Below, piece by piece: positions 28,398 through 36,465 of a DNA stretch of 53,157 bases. The notes beneath the pieces are model-generated. The model was not told where the DNA came from, searched no databases, and saw only the letters and a program-made list of their open reading frames with translations. The position numbers and the translations under genes are program-made. Origin of the DNA: Bacillales bacterium UBA2253 (GTDB lineage Bacteria; Bacillota_I; Bacilli_A; ML615J-28; CAG-698); NCBI GenBank assembly GCA_002347755.1, contig DDXT01000036.1, positions 1 to 53,157 of the forward strand, written 5' to 3'. The first letter of the stretch is position 1; each line of letters opens with the position of its first letter.

Positions 28398-29669
28398 TCA
28401 TTGAGAAAGAATGATTCTACAATTTTGTTTGACGGTGGTCTTCAAGCCGGTTTGGTAGTAAAAGGCCTCTTTGTACTTAGAAGTGTGGCATAAATACTCT
28501 AGATAATAACGATCGTAAACTTCCCCATACAGATGATGGCTGTATAAAGCGTTATAAGGCAAGGCTTCATACTTCAGGTATTCAATCAGCGCATATTTCT
28601 TTTCGCTGGTAAATTTGATCAGCATGAACTTGATGAATATCTTGTGAATGGTTTCATTTTCCTCGTAAATTTGGTCTTTAATCAATTCTACCGCTTGGCT
28701 CCGGTAATTATCGTCATCAATCGTATCGACAGTGTAGAGCAATAAAGCGGCGAAACGGGCATCCGAGTATAAATGATTGTCAACGATTTCATCGAAAACA
28801 TCAAACCATTTGTTCCCCCTCAACATTATTTGGAGTTTCCAAGCCCGAGCTTCACTGGAAAGCCGATCATCCATTTGATTAAGGTTCAGATTTTCAATTT
28901 CTTTTTCAACTTCTTCAAAATACTCTTTGGATTCGATGTCAAGCAGCATCAGCCGGATGATCAATTGTCGTTGGCTGGGATAGCCGATGTTAAAATTGGA
29001 CATCAACTTCCGGTAATATTTAAAGACCATGGCCGAACATTTAAGGTTATAGCCAGTCACAAAATGCTGTTCGTAAATCAACCAGCTTATTTCTTTCATC
29101 TCGAAAGTAAGTTTATCCAAATATTTTAGATATTTCTCGGCTTCACCGAACTGATAAGTGTTCACATAATATTGAACAACCAGGAACATGAAAACTCCCA
29201 CGTCTTCCAAAAGCAAAGTATCCTTGATGTTATCGATGGTTTTGACGATTTCCTTAAACTCCAAATATTTTTCGTTAACCAAGTAGTAAAAGCCTTTGAT
29301 CAAACAGTTCTGAACATTAAAAATGGAATCATCGATCATTAAATAATATCTTTCAATTTCCTCGAATTTATCATAAAGATAAGCTTTGACCACGTTTTTG
29401 ACGCCTTCTTCAATGATGTTCATTCCCACTTTCGTATAATCGAGGTTAACGCGTTCAAAAATGGCTTTAATGTAATCCTCGTCAACATTGATGGCGTTCT
29501 TTTCAAACTTGCAAAGATAACTGATCGAACAAATTCCATGGGCCATCTCCGAAAGCGTCATCTTGCGGCGGGTTCGTTCATTCCGAATAATCTGCGAATA
29601 CAAATAAGTCTTTCCGGGATTTTTCCTATTTCCCAGCAACAAATCGAATTTTTCAATTTTGGTAATCAT
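28398..29669 (-). CDS. XRE-type HTH plus helical-repeat (TPR-like) transcriptional regulator, RNPP/Rgg-like architecture
   Basis: N-terminal HTH (RNERTRRKMTLSEMAHGICSISYLCKFEKNAINVDEDYIKAIFERVNL) followed by ~340 aa of helical, Tyr/Leu/Glu-rich repeats. RBS AAGGAGAGGGG. Confidence 0.7.
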   Translation of the reverse strand: MITKIEKFDLLLGNRKNPGKTYLYSQIIRNERTRRKMTLSEMAHGICSISYLCKFEKNAINVDEDYIKAIFERVNLDYTKVGMNIIEEGVKNVVKAYLYDKFEEIERYYLMIDDSIFNVQNCLIKGFYYLVNEKYLEFKEIVKTIDNIKDTLLLEDVGVFMFLVVQYYVNTYQFGEAEKYLKYLDKLTFEMKEISWLIYEQHFVTGYNLKCSAMVFKYYRKLMSNFNIGYPSQRQLIIRLMLLDIESKEYFEEVEKEIENLNLNQMDDRLSSEARAWKLQIMLRGNKWFDVFDEIVDNHLYSDARFAALLLYTVDTIDDDNYRSQAVELIKDQIYEENETIHKIFIKFMLIKFTSEKKYALIEYLKYEALPYNALYSHHLYGEVYDRYYLEYLCHTSKYKEAFYYQTGLKTTVKQNCRIILSQ

Positions 29670-29795
29670 TTTTCCCCTCTCCTTCTAAAAAATACTTCTC
29701 AATTATAGTATTCTCAGTCAATTTTTTCAAGTGAAACCTCTTGAAAAAAACCAAGTATTTTTGATGATATCGATAGTATGCAAGAAAAGTCAGGG

Positions 29796-30521
29796 TTAAA
29801 TTTTCTCTGGCTTTTCGGTCAATAAAAAGGCATATTTTTTGATTTCTCGTTCCAAAACGCGATGATTTGGTAAAATTATTTCAATAATGGCGTGGAAATT
29901 TGTTTTGTGGTTTGGTTCTTGAAAATGAGCAAATTCATGAACGATCACGTAATCAATCAGTTTTAAGGACACATGGATCAGTTTTTTGTTCAAAGTGATT
30001 TTTCCGGTTCGCCGGTTGCAGCTTCCCCACCGGGATTTCATGGTCCGGAAACAAAGCGTCGGCGTCTTCATCAAGTTTCCGGAATATTGGGACAGCCACC
30101 CTGAGAATTGTTCAGCAATGATCTCCAAAGTATCCCGTTCCAGTTTTTTCAGGAGCGAAGAATAATCATTTTTATAGAAAACCCGGTTCTCATTAAATGC
30201 GTATTCAGTTTTCAAATCTTGGTTTGGGATCAGATCATAAAGTTTCCCCAAGACCCAGATCTGGCGGTGATCCCATATTCCTTGAGCGGACATTTCTTCC
30301 AAGACGGCTTTCTGTTTGTTGATGATTTTTTTAATCCACGAATCATGCTCGGAAAGAAAAACCATGGCTTGTTTTTCGCTGACCGAAAAAGGCTTGTTGA
30401 CCAAAATGTCCAACCGGTTATTGATCCGCACGGTCACATTGCGTCCCCGTTTGGAAACAAAATTGACCCGGTAAGGATTCTCATCGATGATGATGAATTG
30501 CGTTTTGGGAACGGTTTTCAT
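29796..30521 (-). CDS. YgjP-like (DUF45/M48-like) zinc metallohydrolase
   Basis: C-terminal HEFAH motif in the WSSCN-type context (RWGSCN...IDYVIVHEFAHFQEPNH). Confidence 0.75.
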   Translation of the reverse strand: MKTVPKTQFIIIDENPYRVNFVSKRGRNVTVRINNRLDILVNKPFSVSEKQAMVFLSEHDSWIKKIINKQKAVLEEMSAQGIWDHRQIWVLGKLYDLIPNQDLKTEYAFNENRVFYKNDYSSLLKKLERDTLEIIAEQFSGWLSQYSGNLMKTPTLCFRTMKSRWGSCNRRTGKITLNKKLIHVSLKLIDYVIVHEFAHFQEPNHKTNFHAIIEIILPNHRVLEREIKKYAFLLTEKPEKI

Positions 30522-30539
30522 AAATCCACCAAACTTTGC

Positions 30540-31181
30540 TTATAAATTCAAGATGAAAGCAACCGCGGAAGAGATGGCTTCAAGAGCCCATCCGTGAAGC
30601 AGGTTCAACGGGACGTCCAAAACGCCCAGGAACAAAAGGACGATCAAAGCGATCATTCCGAAATACTCGTAGCGCAAAACAAAGACGTAACTTTTCTCCG
30701 GAAGGAAGGATAGCACTACTTTGGATCCGTCAAGGGGCGGAAATGGGATCAAATTAAAGACTCCCAAACCAACGTTGATGACGGAAAGGTAGTAAAAAAA
30801 CAGATTCAAATGATACAGAAACCCGGTCAGATCATAACCGGCCGTTTTGACGATGATGCCGCAGACAAACATCGCCAAAAACGCAATGATGAAATTGATC
30901 ACCGGTCCGGCCAGAGCCACCAGCGCGGTCCCCAAACGGACGTTTTTGTAATAACGGGGATTTATCTGCACCGGTTTGGCCCACCCAAATCCGAAGAAAA
31001 TCAAACTAAGGGTTCCCAAAATATCAATGTGCCGAAAAATATTCAACGAAATCCGACCTTGAGCTTTGGGGGTCGGGTCGCCCAACCAGTATGAAACCAA
31101 ACCATGAGCCGATTCATGCAGCATGATCGCCAACAAAGCCGCGGGAACTATATAAACCAATTCAAAAGACAAATCAAACAT
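30540..31181 (-). CDS. Site-2 protease (M50) family membrane metalloprotease
   Basis: HESAHG in TM1. Multi-pass membrane protein with a downstream NLIPFPPLDG motif. Confidence 0.8.
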   Translation of the reverse strand: MFDLSFELVYIVPAALLAIMLHESAHGLVSYWLGDPTPKAQGRISLNIFRHIDILGTLSLIFFGFGWAKPVQINPRYYKNVRLGTALVALAGPVINFIIAFLAMFVCGIIVKTAGYDLTGFLYHLNLFFYYLSVINVGLGVFNLIPFPPLDGSKVVLSFLPEKSYVFVLRYEYFGMIALIVLLFLGVLDVPLNLLHGWALEAISSAVAFILNL

Positions 31182-31258
31182 CAGAATACTCCTAAATTTG
31201 GTTTATTATAACATAAATGGACCGCTTTTTAAAGTAAAATGCGGAAATAACCCTCTGA

Positions 31259-31951
31259 TTATGTCATCTTTTGTTGCTCCAAAAGACTGAAATAACGGTT
31301 TTTTCCGATGATGATGTGATCAACCACCAAAATATCCACCATTTTGGCGGCTTGGATCAATTTCTTCGTCACCATGATATCTTCAGCGCTCGCTTCGGGG
31401 TTGCCGCTCGGATGATTGTGAGCCACGATGATGGCCGTCGCCGAAAGTTTGAGAGCCCATTTCAAAATGTCGCGGGGATTGAAGATGGTCTGGTTGACCG
31501 TGCCGATGGTAACGGTTTTTTTGGCAATTACTTCACTTTTGTTGTTCAGGTAAATGCAAACTAAAGATTCTTGCGATAAATGTTGCATGGAATCTTTCAG
31601 ATACAGGTAGGATTGGTACGGGCTGGTGATTACCGTTTGCGATGACAGCGGAATGTTGATTCGCTTCCCTAGTTCAATGGCGGCCAGAATTTCGATGGCT
31701 TTCGCTTCCCCAATCCCTTTTATTTGCATCAGTTCGGTAATCGTTGCTTCATTTAATTTGTCTATGGATTCGAAATGAAAAAGCAAGGTTTTCGCCACAT
31801 CGAGCGCGGAAGTGTTGGCACAGCCCGTTCGCAAGACAATGGCCAGTAACTCATGAGTGGCCAGGGATTGAACTCCGGCTTTTCGCAGTCTTTCCCGCGG
31901 CCGTTCGTCAATGGGCATCTCTCGAACCAAAAAACTCATAAAGGACCTCAT
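31259..31951 (-). CDS. radC: RadC-family JAB-domain protein
   Basis: ERPRERL, HhH region and HNHPSG JAMM motif. The start could be 31951 or 31939. Confidence 0.88.
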   Translation of the reverse strand: MRSFMSFLVREMPIDERPRERLRKAGVQSLATHELLAIVLRTGCANTSALDVAKTLLFHFESIDKLNEATITELMQIKGIGEAKAIEILAAIELGKRINIPLSSQTVITSPYQSYLYLKDSMQHLSQESLVCIYLNNKSEVIAKKTVTIGTVNQTIFNPRDILKWALKLSATAIIVAHNHPSGNPEASAEDIMVTKKLIQAAKMVDILVVDHIIIGKNRYFSLLEQQKMT

Positions 31952-31995
31952 TTCCGCTTATATATTAGAACAAAATCAGTTTTTTTCGTCAAAAA

Positions 31996-32020
31996 AGAGA
32001 TGAAAATCAATTTCATCTCT
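31996..32020. repeat. Flanking copy 1 of the duplicated folC terminator hairpin
   Basis: agagatgaaaatcaatttcatctct (10-bp stem, 5-nt loop), identical and direct to 32190-32214. On the minus strand a T-run follows it. Confidence 0.9.
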
Positions 32021-32189
32021 TCAGACTGATGACAAACCCCATTTCCAAAGATGGGGTTCGTTTATTTTTCCACAACTATCTTGAAATAACAAAAAAACAC
32101 TTTTTTAGACAAGAAAAAGATATCTTTTTGGTGCCTTTGTCCCATTTTATTACAAGAAAAAATGAGCGTTGACTTTGTCAACGCTCTGA
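32021..32189. mobile_element. Miniature TIR-bounded element (MITE-like), copy 2
   Basis: 169 bp, ~94% identical to 9631-9800, with the same orientation relative to the flanking minus-strand genes. Confidence 0.7.
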
Positions 32190-32214
32190 AGAGATGAAAA
32201 TCAATTTCATCTCT
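32190..32214. repeat. Flanking copy 2 of the duplicated folC terminator hairpin
   Basis: Identical 25-mer, 4 nt from the folC stop. Confidence 0.9.
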
Positions 32215-32218
32215 TGTT

Positions 32219-33487
32219 TTATTTAAATTTCGATAATAGCTCGCTGACGAAATACAGGCTGCCGCAGAATACCGTGATTTGATCCTTTTTGGCTTTGACT
32301 TCCGCGAGGATTTTGTCCACATCTTTTTCCATTCGTTTGTTAGGATGTTTGGACAACTCAAAAATCGTTTCCGGAATGTCGCTGCGTTTGTAATTGTAAC
32401 GCGTAAAAATGATCTCGTCGGCGACGGTGTCAAGCATGGGGATCATTTTATCTTTGGCTTTATCCGCCGATACTGCAAACACGATGCACAGGCGTTTTTG
32501 ACCTTTGATGACTCGCAAAAATTCCGTCAACCGCGTAACGGCATCAATGTTGTGAGCACCGTCGATGATGATGAGCGGATCCCGGGAAACAATTTGCAAG
32601 CGACCCGGCCAATAAGTCTCCCAAATTCCCTGATGAATCAATTTGTTGGAAAGCGGTAACCCATATCGTTCGCGAAGGACTTTGGCTACGACCGCCGCCA
32701 AACTGGCGTTTTCGGTCTGAACAATTCCCAGGAGTTTGGTGCGAAGACCCTTAAATTCCATATAATCGAAAGCCGTATCGTCCAGATTTACATCAATGTT
32801 TTTAATGTCCTTTTTGTCAACCAGAATCAATTCGCTCCCATGGGCTTGGCAGCTTTCCTTAAATTGCTTCAAAAGCTGATCATTTTTGATGGTTACTAGC
32901 GGAATGCCGTCTTTGACGATTCCCAGTTTATTAAAGGCGATCTCCTCCAAGGTATCACCCAACACATTCATATGGTCAAAAGTGACATTGGTGATGACGG
33001 AAACCAGCGGGGTAACAATGTTGGTGGCATCAAGCCGCCCTCCCAAACCGACTTCCAAAGTCACAAAATCCAGTTCTTTGATCCGGGAAAAAAACACGTA
33101 GGCAATCAAAGTCACGAACTCGAAGAAAGTGGGGAGTTCGATTCCCTGAGCTTCGATCTCCGGATATTTTGATAGCAGATAATTTCCTATTTCCAATAGG
33201 TCGTCATCCGAAATGAATTGGTCATTATAAGAAATTCTTTCGTTGAAACTGACCACAAACGGCGAAATGTATGATCCGACGTTATAACCGGCTTTTCGCA
33301 GAATGCTCTTCACAAACGAAACCACGGATCCTTTTCCGTTGGTCCCGCCAACATGAATGTACTTAATGCCCTCGTGCGGATTCCCGTAAACGGCGCTAAG
33401 TTTTCGCATTTTTTCCATCGATACTTTGGGTGAGTGGCGCTTTTGGCTCTCGATCCAAGCAATCAATTCTGGTGCATTGGTAAACAT
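32219..33487 (-). CDS. folC: Bifunctional folylpolyglutamate synthase/dihydrofolate synthase
   Basis: HVGGTNGKGS P-loop, Mur-ligase middle and C-terminal domains (IIDGAHN). Confidence 0.9.
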   Translation of the reverse strand: MFTNAPELIAWIESQKRHSPKVSMEKMRKLSAVYGNPHEGIKYIHVGGTNGKGSVVSFVKSILRKAGYNVGSYISPFVVSFNERISYNDQFISDDDLLEIGNYLLSKYPEIEAQGIELPTFFEFVTLIAYVFFSRIKELDFVTLEVGLGGRLDATNIVTPLVSVITNVTFDHMNVLGDTLEEIAFNKLGIVKDGIPLVTIKNDQLLKQFKESCQAHGSELILVDKKDIKNIDVNLDDTAFDYMEFKGLRTKLLGIVQTENASLAAVVAKVLRERYGLPLSNKLIHQGIWETYWPGRLQIVSRDPLIIIDGAHNIDAVTRLTEFLRVIKGQKRLCIVFAVSADKAKDKMIPMLDTVADEIIFTRYNYKRSDIPETIFELSKHPNKRMEKDVDKILAEVKAKKDQITVFCGSLYFVSELLSKFK

Positions 33488-33531
33488 TATTTAACCCGTC
33501 CTTTGATGCAGCGCATCCTTTGTTCAATTGA

Positions 33532-36153
33532 TCAATTATTGGTTTGGTATTCGCCAAGCAGTTTTTTTACTTCTGATAATTGGCTTTGATAATCGGCCCG
33601 TTTGGCTTTTTCCCTTAGGATCTTTTCGGCCGGAGCTTTACTCACAAAATTAGGGTTATTAAGCATACCTGAGCAACGGGAAATTTCGCCTTCCAAGTGG
33701 ATTTGGGATTGTTTAAGCTTTTCGATTTCCTCTTGCAAATCAACCAATTGCTTCAGCGGAATGGCCAGAACGATGTCGCTCATGACCTTGACGATCTTCT
33801 TTGAAGTCTCAATCGCGGATTCGGTGATGCTAAGCTTTTGATAATTGGCGAACCGCTTCAAATAATGAGCGTTTCTATTCAGAAATGCCCCGGTCTCCGA
33901 CTCCCGGACCTGGATCTCCAAATCAATTGGTTTGGAATTAGGAACATTTTTTTCGACCCGAACGTTCCGGACCGCCGTGATCAGATCGAATAAGGTCGAA
34001 ACCCGGTTCATCCCTGAAAAAGCAAATTCTTCCGAAACCATCGGCCAAGAGCTGACCATGATGCTTCCTTCGTTGAAGGATTGAAAAATTTCTTCGGTTA
34101 CAAACGGCATGAACGGATGAAGCAGTTTCAAAATGGCCGTCAGAACATGGCTAAGAATCGCGCAGGCATTAATCTTTTCGGCCTGATTGTTTCCATTAAT
34201 GACCACTTTGGCCATTTCCACGTACCATGAAGCGAAATCATTCCAACTGAATTTATAGATGAGGTGAGCGGCTTCCCCGAATTCATATTTTTCGAAACTG
34301 GCGTCGGCGGCTAAAATGACTTCATTTAGGGAAGCTAGGATCCAACGATCAATGTCGTTAAGAAGTTTTTGGTCGATTTTTTCTTTTTCATAACCGCAAT
34401 TTTCAAAACTCAAACCAACGAAACGGGAAATGTTCCAAATCTTGTTGATGAAGTTCCAGGAAGCTTCGATTTTTTCTTCGGAATAGCGGATATCTTGTCC
34501 TGGAGAAGAAACGGTGGTCAGAAAATAACGAAGACTGTCCATTCCGTATTTGTCCCGAACATCCATCATTTCCGCGCCGTTACCAAGTGATTTGCTGACC
34601 TTTCGGCCCAGTTCGTCGCGGATCAGGCCATGGATCAGAACATCTTTGAACGGTCGCCTTCCCATCAGATATTTCGATTGGAAAGCCATTCGGGAAACCC
34701 AGAAAAAGATGATGTCATAAGCCGTGACCAAGACGTCGGTCGGGAAGAATCTTTCCAAATCCGGAGTTTGATCCGGCCATCCCAAAGTTGAGAACGGCCA
34801 CAAAGCGCTGGAAAACCAAGTGTCCAAAGCATCTTCATCCCGGACCCAGCCTTCTTCATCGGGAGCGCTCATGCCAACAAAAACCTGATCGTTCTTATAC
34901 CAAGCCGGTATTTGATGTCCCCACCATAATTGTCGGGAAATGCACCAGTCCTGCAAATTGTTCAGCCAGTTGGCAAATATTTTTTCGAACCGGGCCGGGT
35001 AAAAGTCGATTCGGTCTTCAGTTTCTTGCATCGCCAACAAATCTTTGGCAAGTTTATCCATGGCCACAAACCATTGTTTTGAAAGACGCGGTTCAACGAT
35101 GACGCCGGTTCGTTCGCTATGCCCCAGCGGAATGATTTTCTTTTCAATTTTGACGCAAAGGCCAAGCTTTTTTAAATCTTCAACCAGAGCCTCGCGGCAG
35201 GCAAAACGATCCAGGCCTTGATATTTCTCGGCGAGTTCATTCATGGTTCCGTCTTCGTTCATGCACAGCGGATGACCAAGATGGTGGCGCAGGCCAACTT
35301 CATAATCATTCGGATCATGAGCCGGAGTGACTTTCACAACTCCGGTTCCAAACTGGAGATCGACGTATTCATCGGTGATGATCGGAATCTGGCGTTTGGT
35401 TCCGGGAATGAAAACCTTCTTGCCCACGAACTTCGAGTAACGTTCGTCATCCGGATGAACCATCAGCGCCGTATCTCCGAACATGGTTTCCGGACGGGTG
35501 GTGGCAATGGTCATCCCGTCTTTGCCATCAACGAACGGATAAACAAAATAATAAAACGCTCCTTCGGTGTCTTGATATTCGACTTCGATGTTCGACAAAG
35601 CGGTTTTGCTCTGAACATCCCAGTTGATGATTTTCTCGCCCCGGTAAATCAGGCCCTCATTATACATTTTTACAAAAACGGTATTGACGGCGCGGTTTAA
35701 TCCGTCATCCAAAGTAAAACGTTCCCGGGAAAAGTCCAGACTTAAACCGATGGTCTCCCATTGGTTTCGGATCAGCTTGGCATACTCTTCTTTCCATTCC
35801 CAGGCGACTTTCAAAAACCCCTCCCGGCCCAGGTCATAACGGGAAATTCCTTGAGCCCGAAGTTTGGCTTCAATCTTCGCTTGGGTGGCGATGCTGGCAT
35901 GATCCATTCCCGGTAGGAACAGGGCATCATAACCCTGCATCCGTTTTCGCCGGATGATGATGTCTTGCATGGTCGTATCCCATACATGCCCCAAATGCAA
36001 TTTTCCGGTAATGTTTGGGGGAGGAATGACGATGCAATACGGTTTTTTGCTCAGATCGCCGGCCGTGAAATAACCTTTTTCCAGCCAATCCTGATACTTG
36101 TCTTTTTCGACGCTGTTAAAGTCGTATTTGCTTGGTAAGTCTTTTAATTTCAT
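33532..36153 (-). CDS. valS: Valine-tRNA ligase
   Basis: PPPNITGKLHLGH (HIGH), KVSKSLGN (KMSKS), C-terminal coiled coil. The ATG at 36153 follows GGAG (trimmed from the GTG at 36162). T-box leader upstream. Confidence 0.97.
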   Translation of the reverse strand: MKLKDLPSKYDFNSVEKDKYQDWLEKGYFTAGDLSKKPYCIVIPPPNITGKLHLGHVWDTTMQDIIIRRKRMQGYDALFLPGMDHASIATQAKIEAKLRAQGISRYDLGREGFLKVAWEWKEEYAKLIRNQWETIGLSLDFSRERFTLDDGLNRAVNTVFVKMYNEGLIYRGEKIINWDVQSKTALSNIEVEYQDTEGAFYYFVYPFVDGKDGMTIATTRPETMFGDTALMVHPDDERYSKFVGKKVFIPGTKRQIPIITDEYVDLQFGTGVVKVTPAHDPNDYEVGLRHHLGHPLCMNEDGTMNELAEKYQGLDRFACREALVEDLKKLGLCVKIEKKIIPLGHSERTGVIVEPRLSKQWFVAMDKLAKDLLAMQETEDRIDFYPARFEKIFANWLNNLQDWCISRQLWWGHQIPAWYKNDQVFVGMSAPDEEGWVRDEDALDTWFSSALWPFSTLGWPDQTPDLERFFPTDVLVTAYDIIFFWVSRMAFQSKYLMGRRPFKDVLIHGLIRDELGRKVSKSLGNGAEMMDVRDKYGMDSLRYFLTTVSSPGQDIRYSEEKIEASWNFINKIWNISRFVGLSFENCGYEKEKIDQKLLNDIDRWILASLNEVILAADASFEKYEFGEAAHLIYKFSWNDFASWYVEMAKVVINGNNQAEKINACAILSHVLTAILKLLHPFMPFVTEEIFQSFNEGSIMVSSWPMVSEEFAFSGMNRVSTLFDLITAVRNVRVEKNVPNSKPIDLEIQVRESETGAFLNRNAHYLKRFANYQKLSITESAIETSKKIVKVMSDIVLAIPLKQLVDLQEEIEKLKQSQIHLEGEISRCSGMLNNPNFVSKAPAEKILREKAKRADYQSQLSEVKKLLGEYQTNN

Positions 36154-36169
36154 GATTTCCACTCCGTTT

Positions 36170-36396
36170 CAAATAAAAAGTCCTTAAGTTTTTGCTTAAG
36201 GACGATTGTGCGCCGTGGTACCACCTTATTTCAACATTGCTGTTGCGCTCATTTCCTTTAACGCAAATGCCACGGACGAAACTACTTGGTTCATTTCATC
36301 AACTCCAAGGCGACTTTCACAACTTCCCAATCGGACTTCACACCAACTGTCCTTCTCTGGTTTGGGGAGGGCTGCTACTCTTCCTCTTCATCGTTT
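36170..36396 (-). promoter_or_regulatory. T-box riboswitch leader of valS
   Basis: On the minus strand: GATGAAGAGGAAGAGTA (GA/S-turn region), AGAGA bulge, candidate specifier GAAA-GTC-G (GUC = Val, 36314-36312), T-box GGTGGTACCACGGCG (36225-36211), terminator gtccttaag...cttaaggac + T-run (36203-36171). Confidence 0.88.
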
Positions 36397-36402
36397 TTGT
36401 TA

Positions 36403-36431
36403 ATTATATAACCAAATGATTCAAATGTCAA
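36403..36431 (-). promoter_or_regulatory. SigA-type promoter of the valS leader
   Basis: TTGACA (36431-36426), 17 nt, TATAAT (36408-36403). Confidence 0.75.
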
Positions 36432-36465
36432 TCCCATTGTGATCGTTATCCGAATTACAAATTTC

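Noticed and set aside
29690-29760. Inverted repeat tttttcaag-N9-cttgaaaaa upstream of the regulator gene, as a possible autoregulatory operator.
   Set aside because: It is AT-only, overlaps a plausible -35 (TTGAAA) and could equally be the weak terminator of the upstream ygjP-like gene. It has no similarity to the island repeat, so there is too little evidence to call it.
29735-29770. Tiny plus-strand ORF MISIVCKKSQG divergent from the regulator, considered as a pheromone-precursor candidate.
   Set aside because: It has no SD and no hydrophobic or secretion-like character, and it overlaps the 3' end region of the ygjP-like gene.
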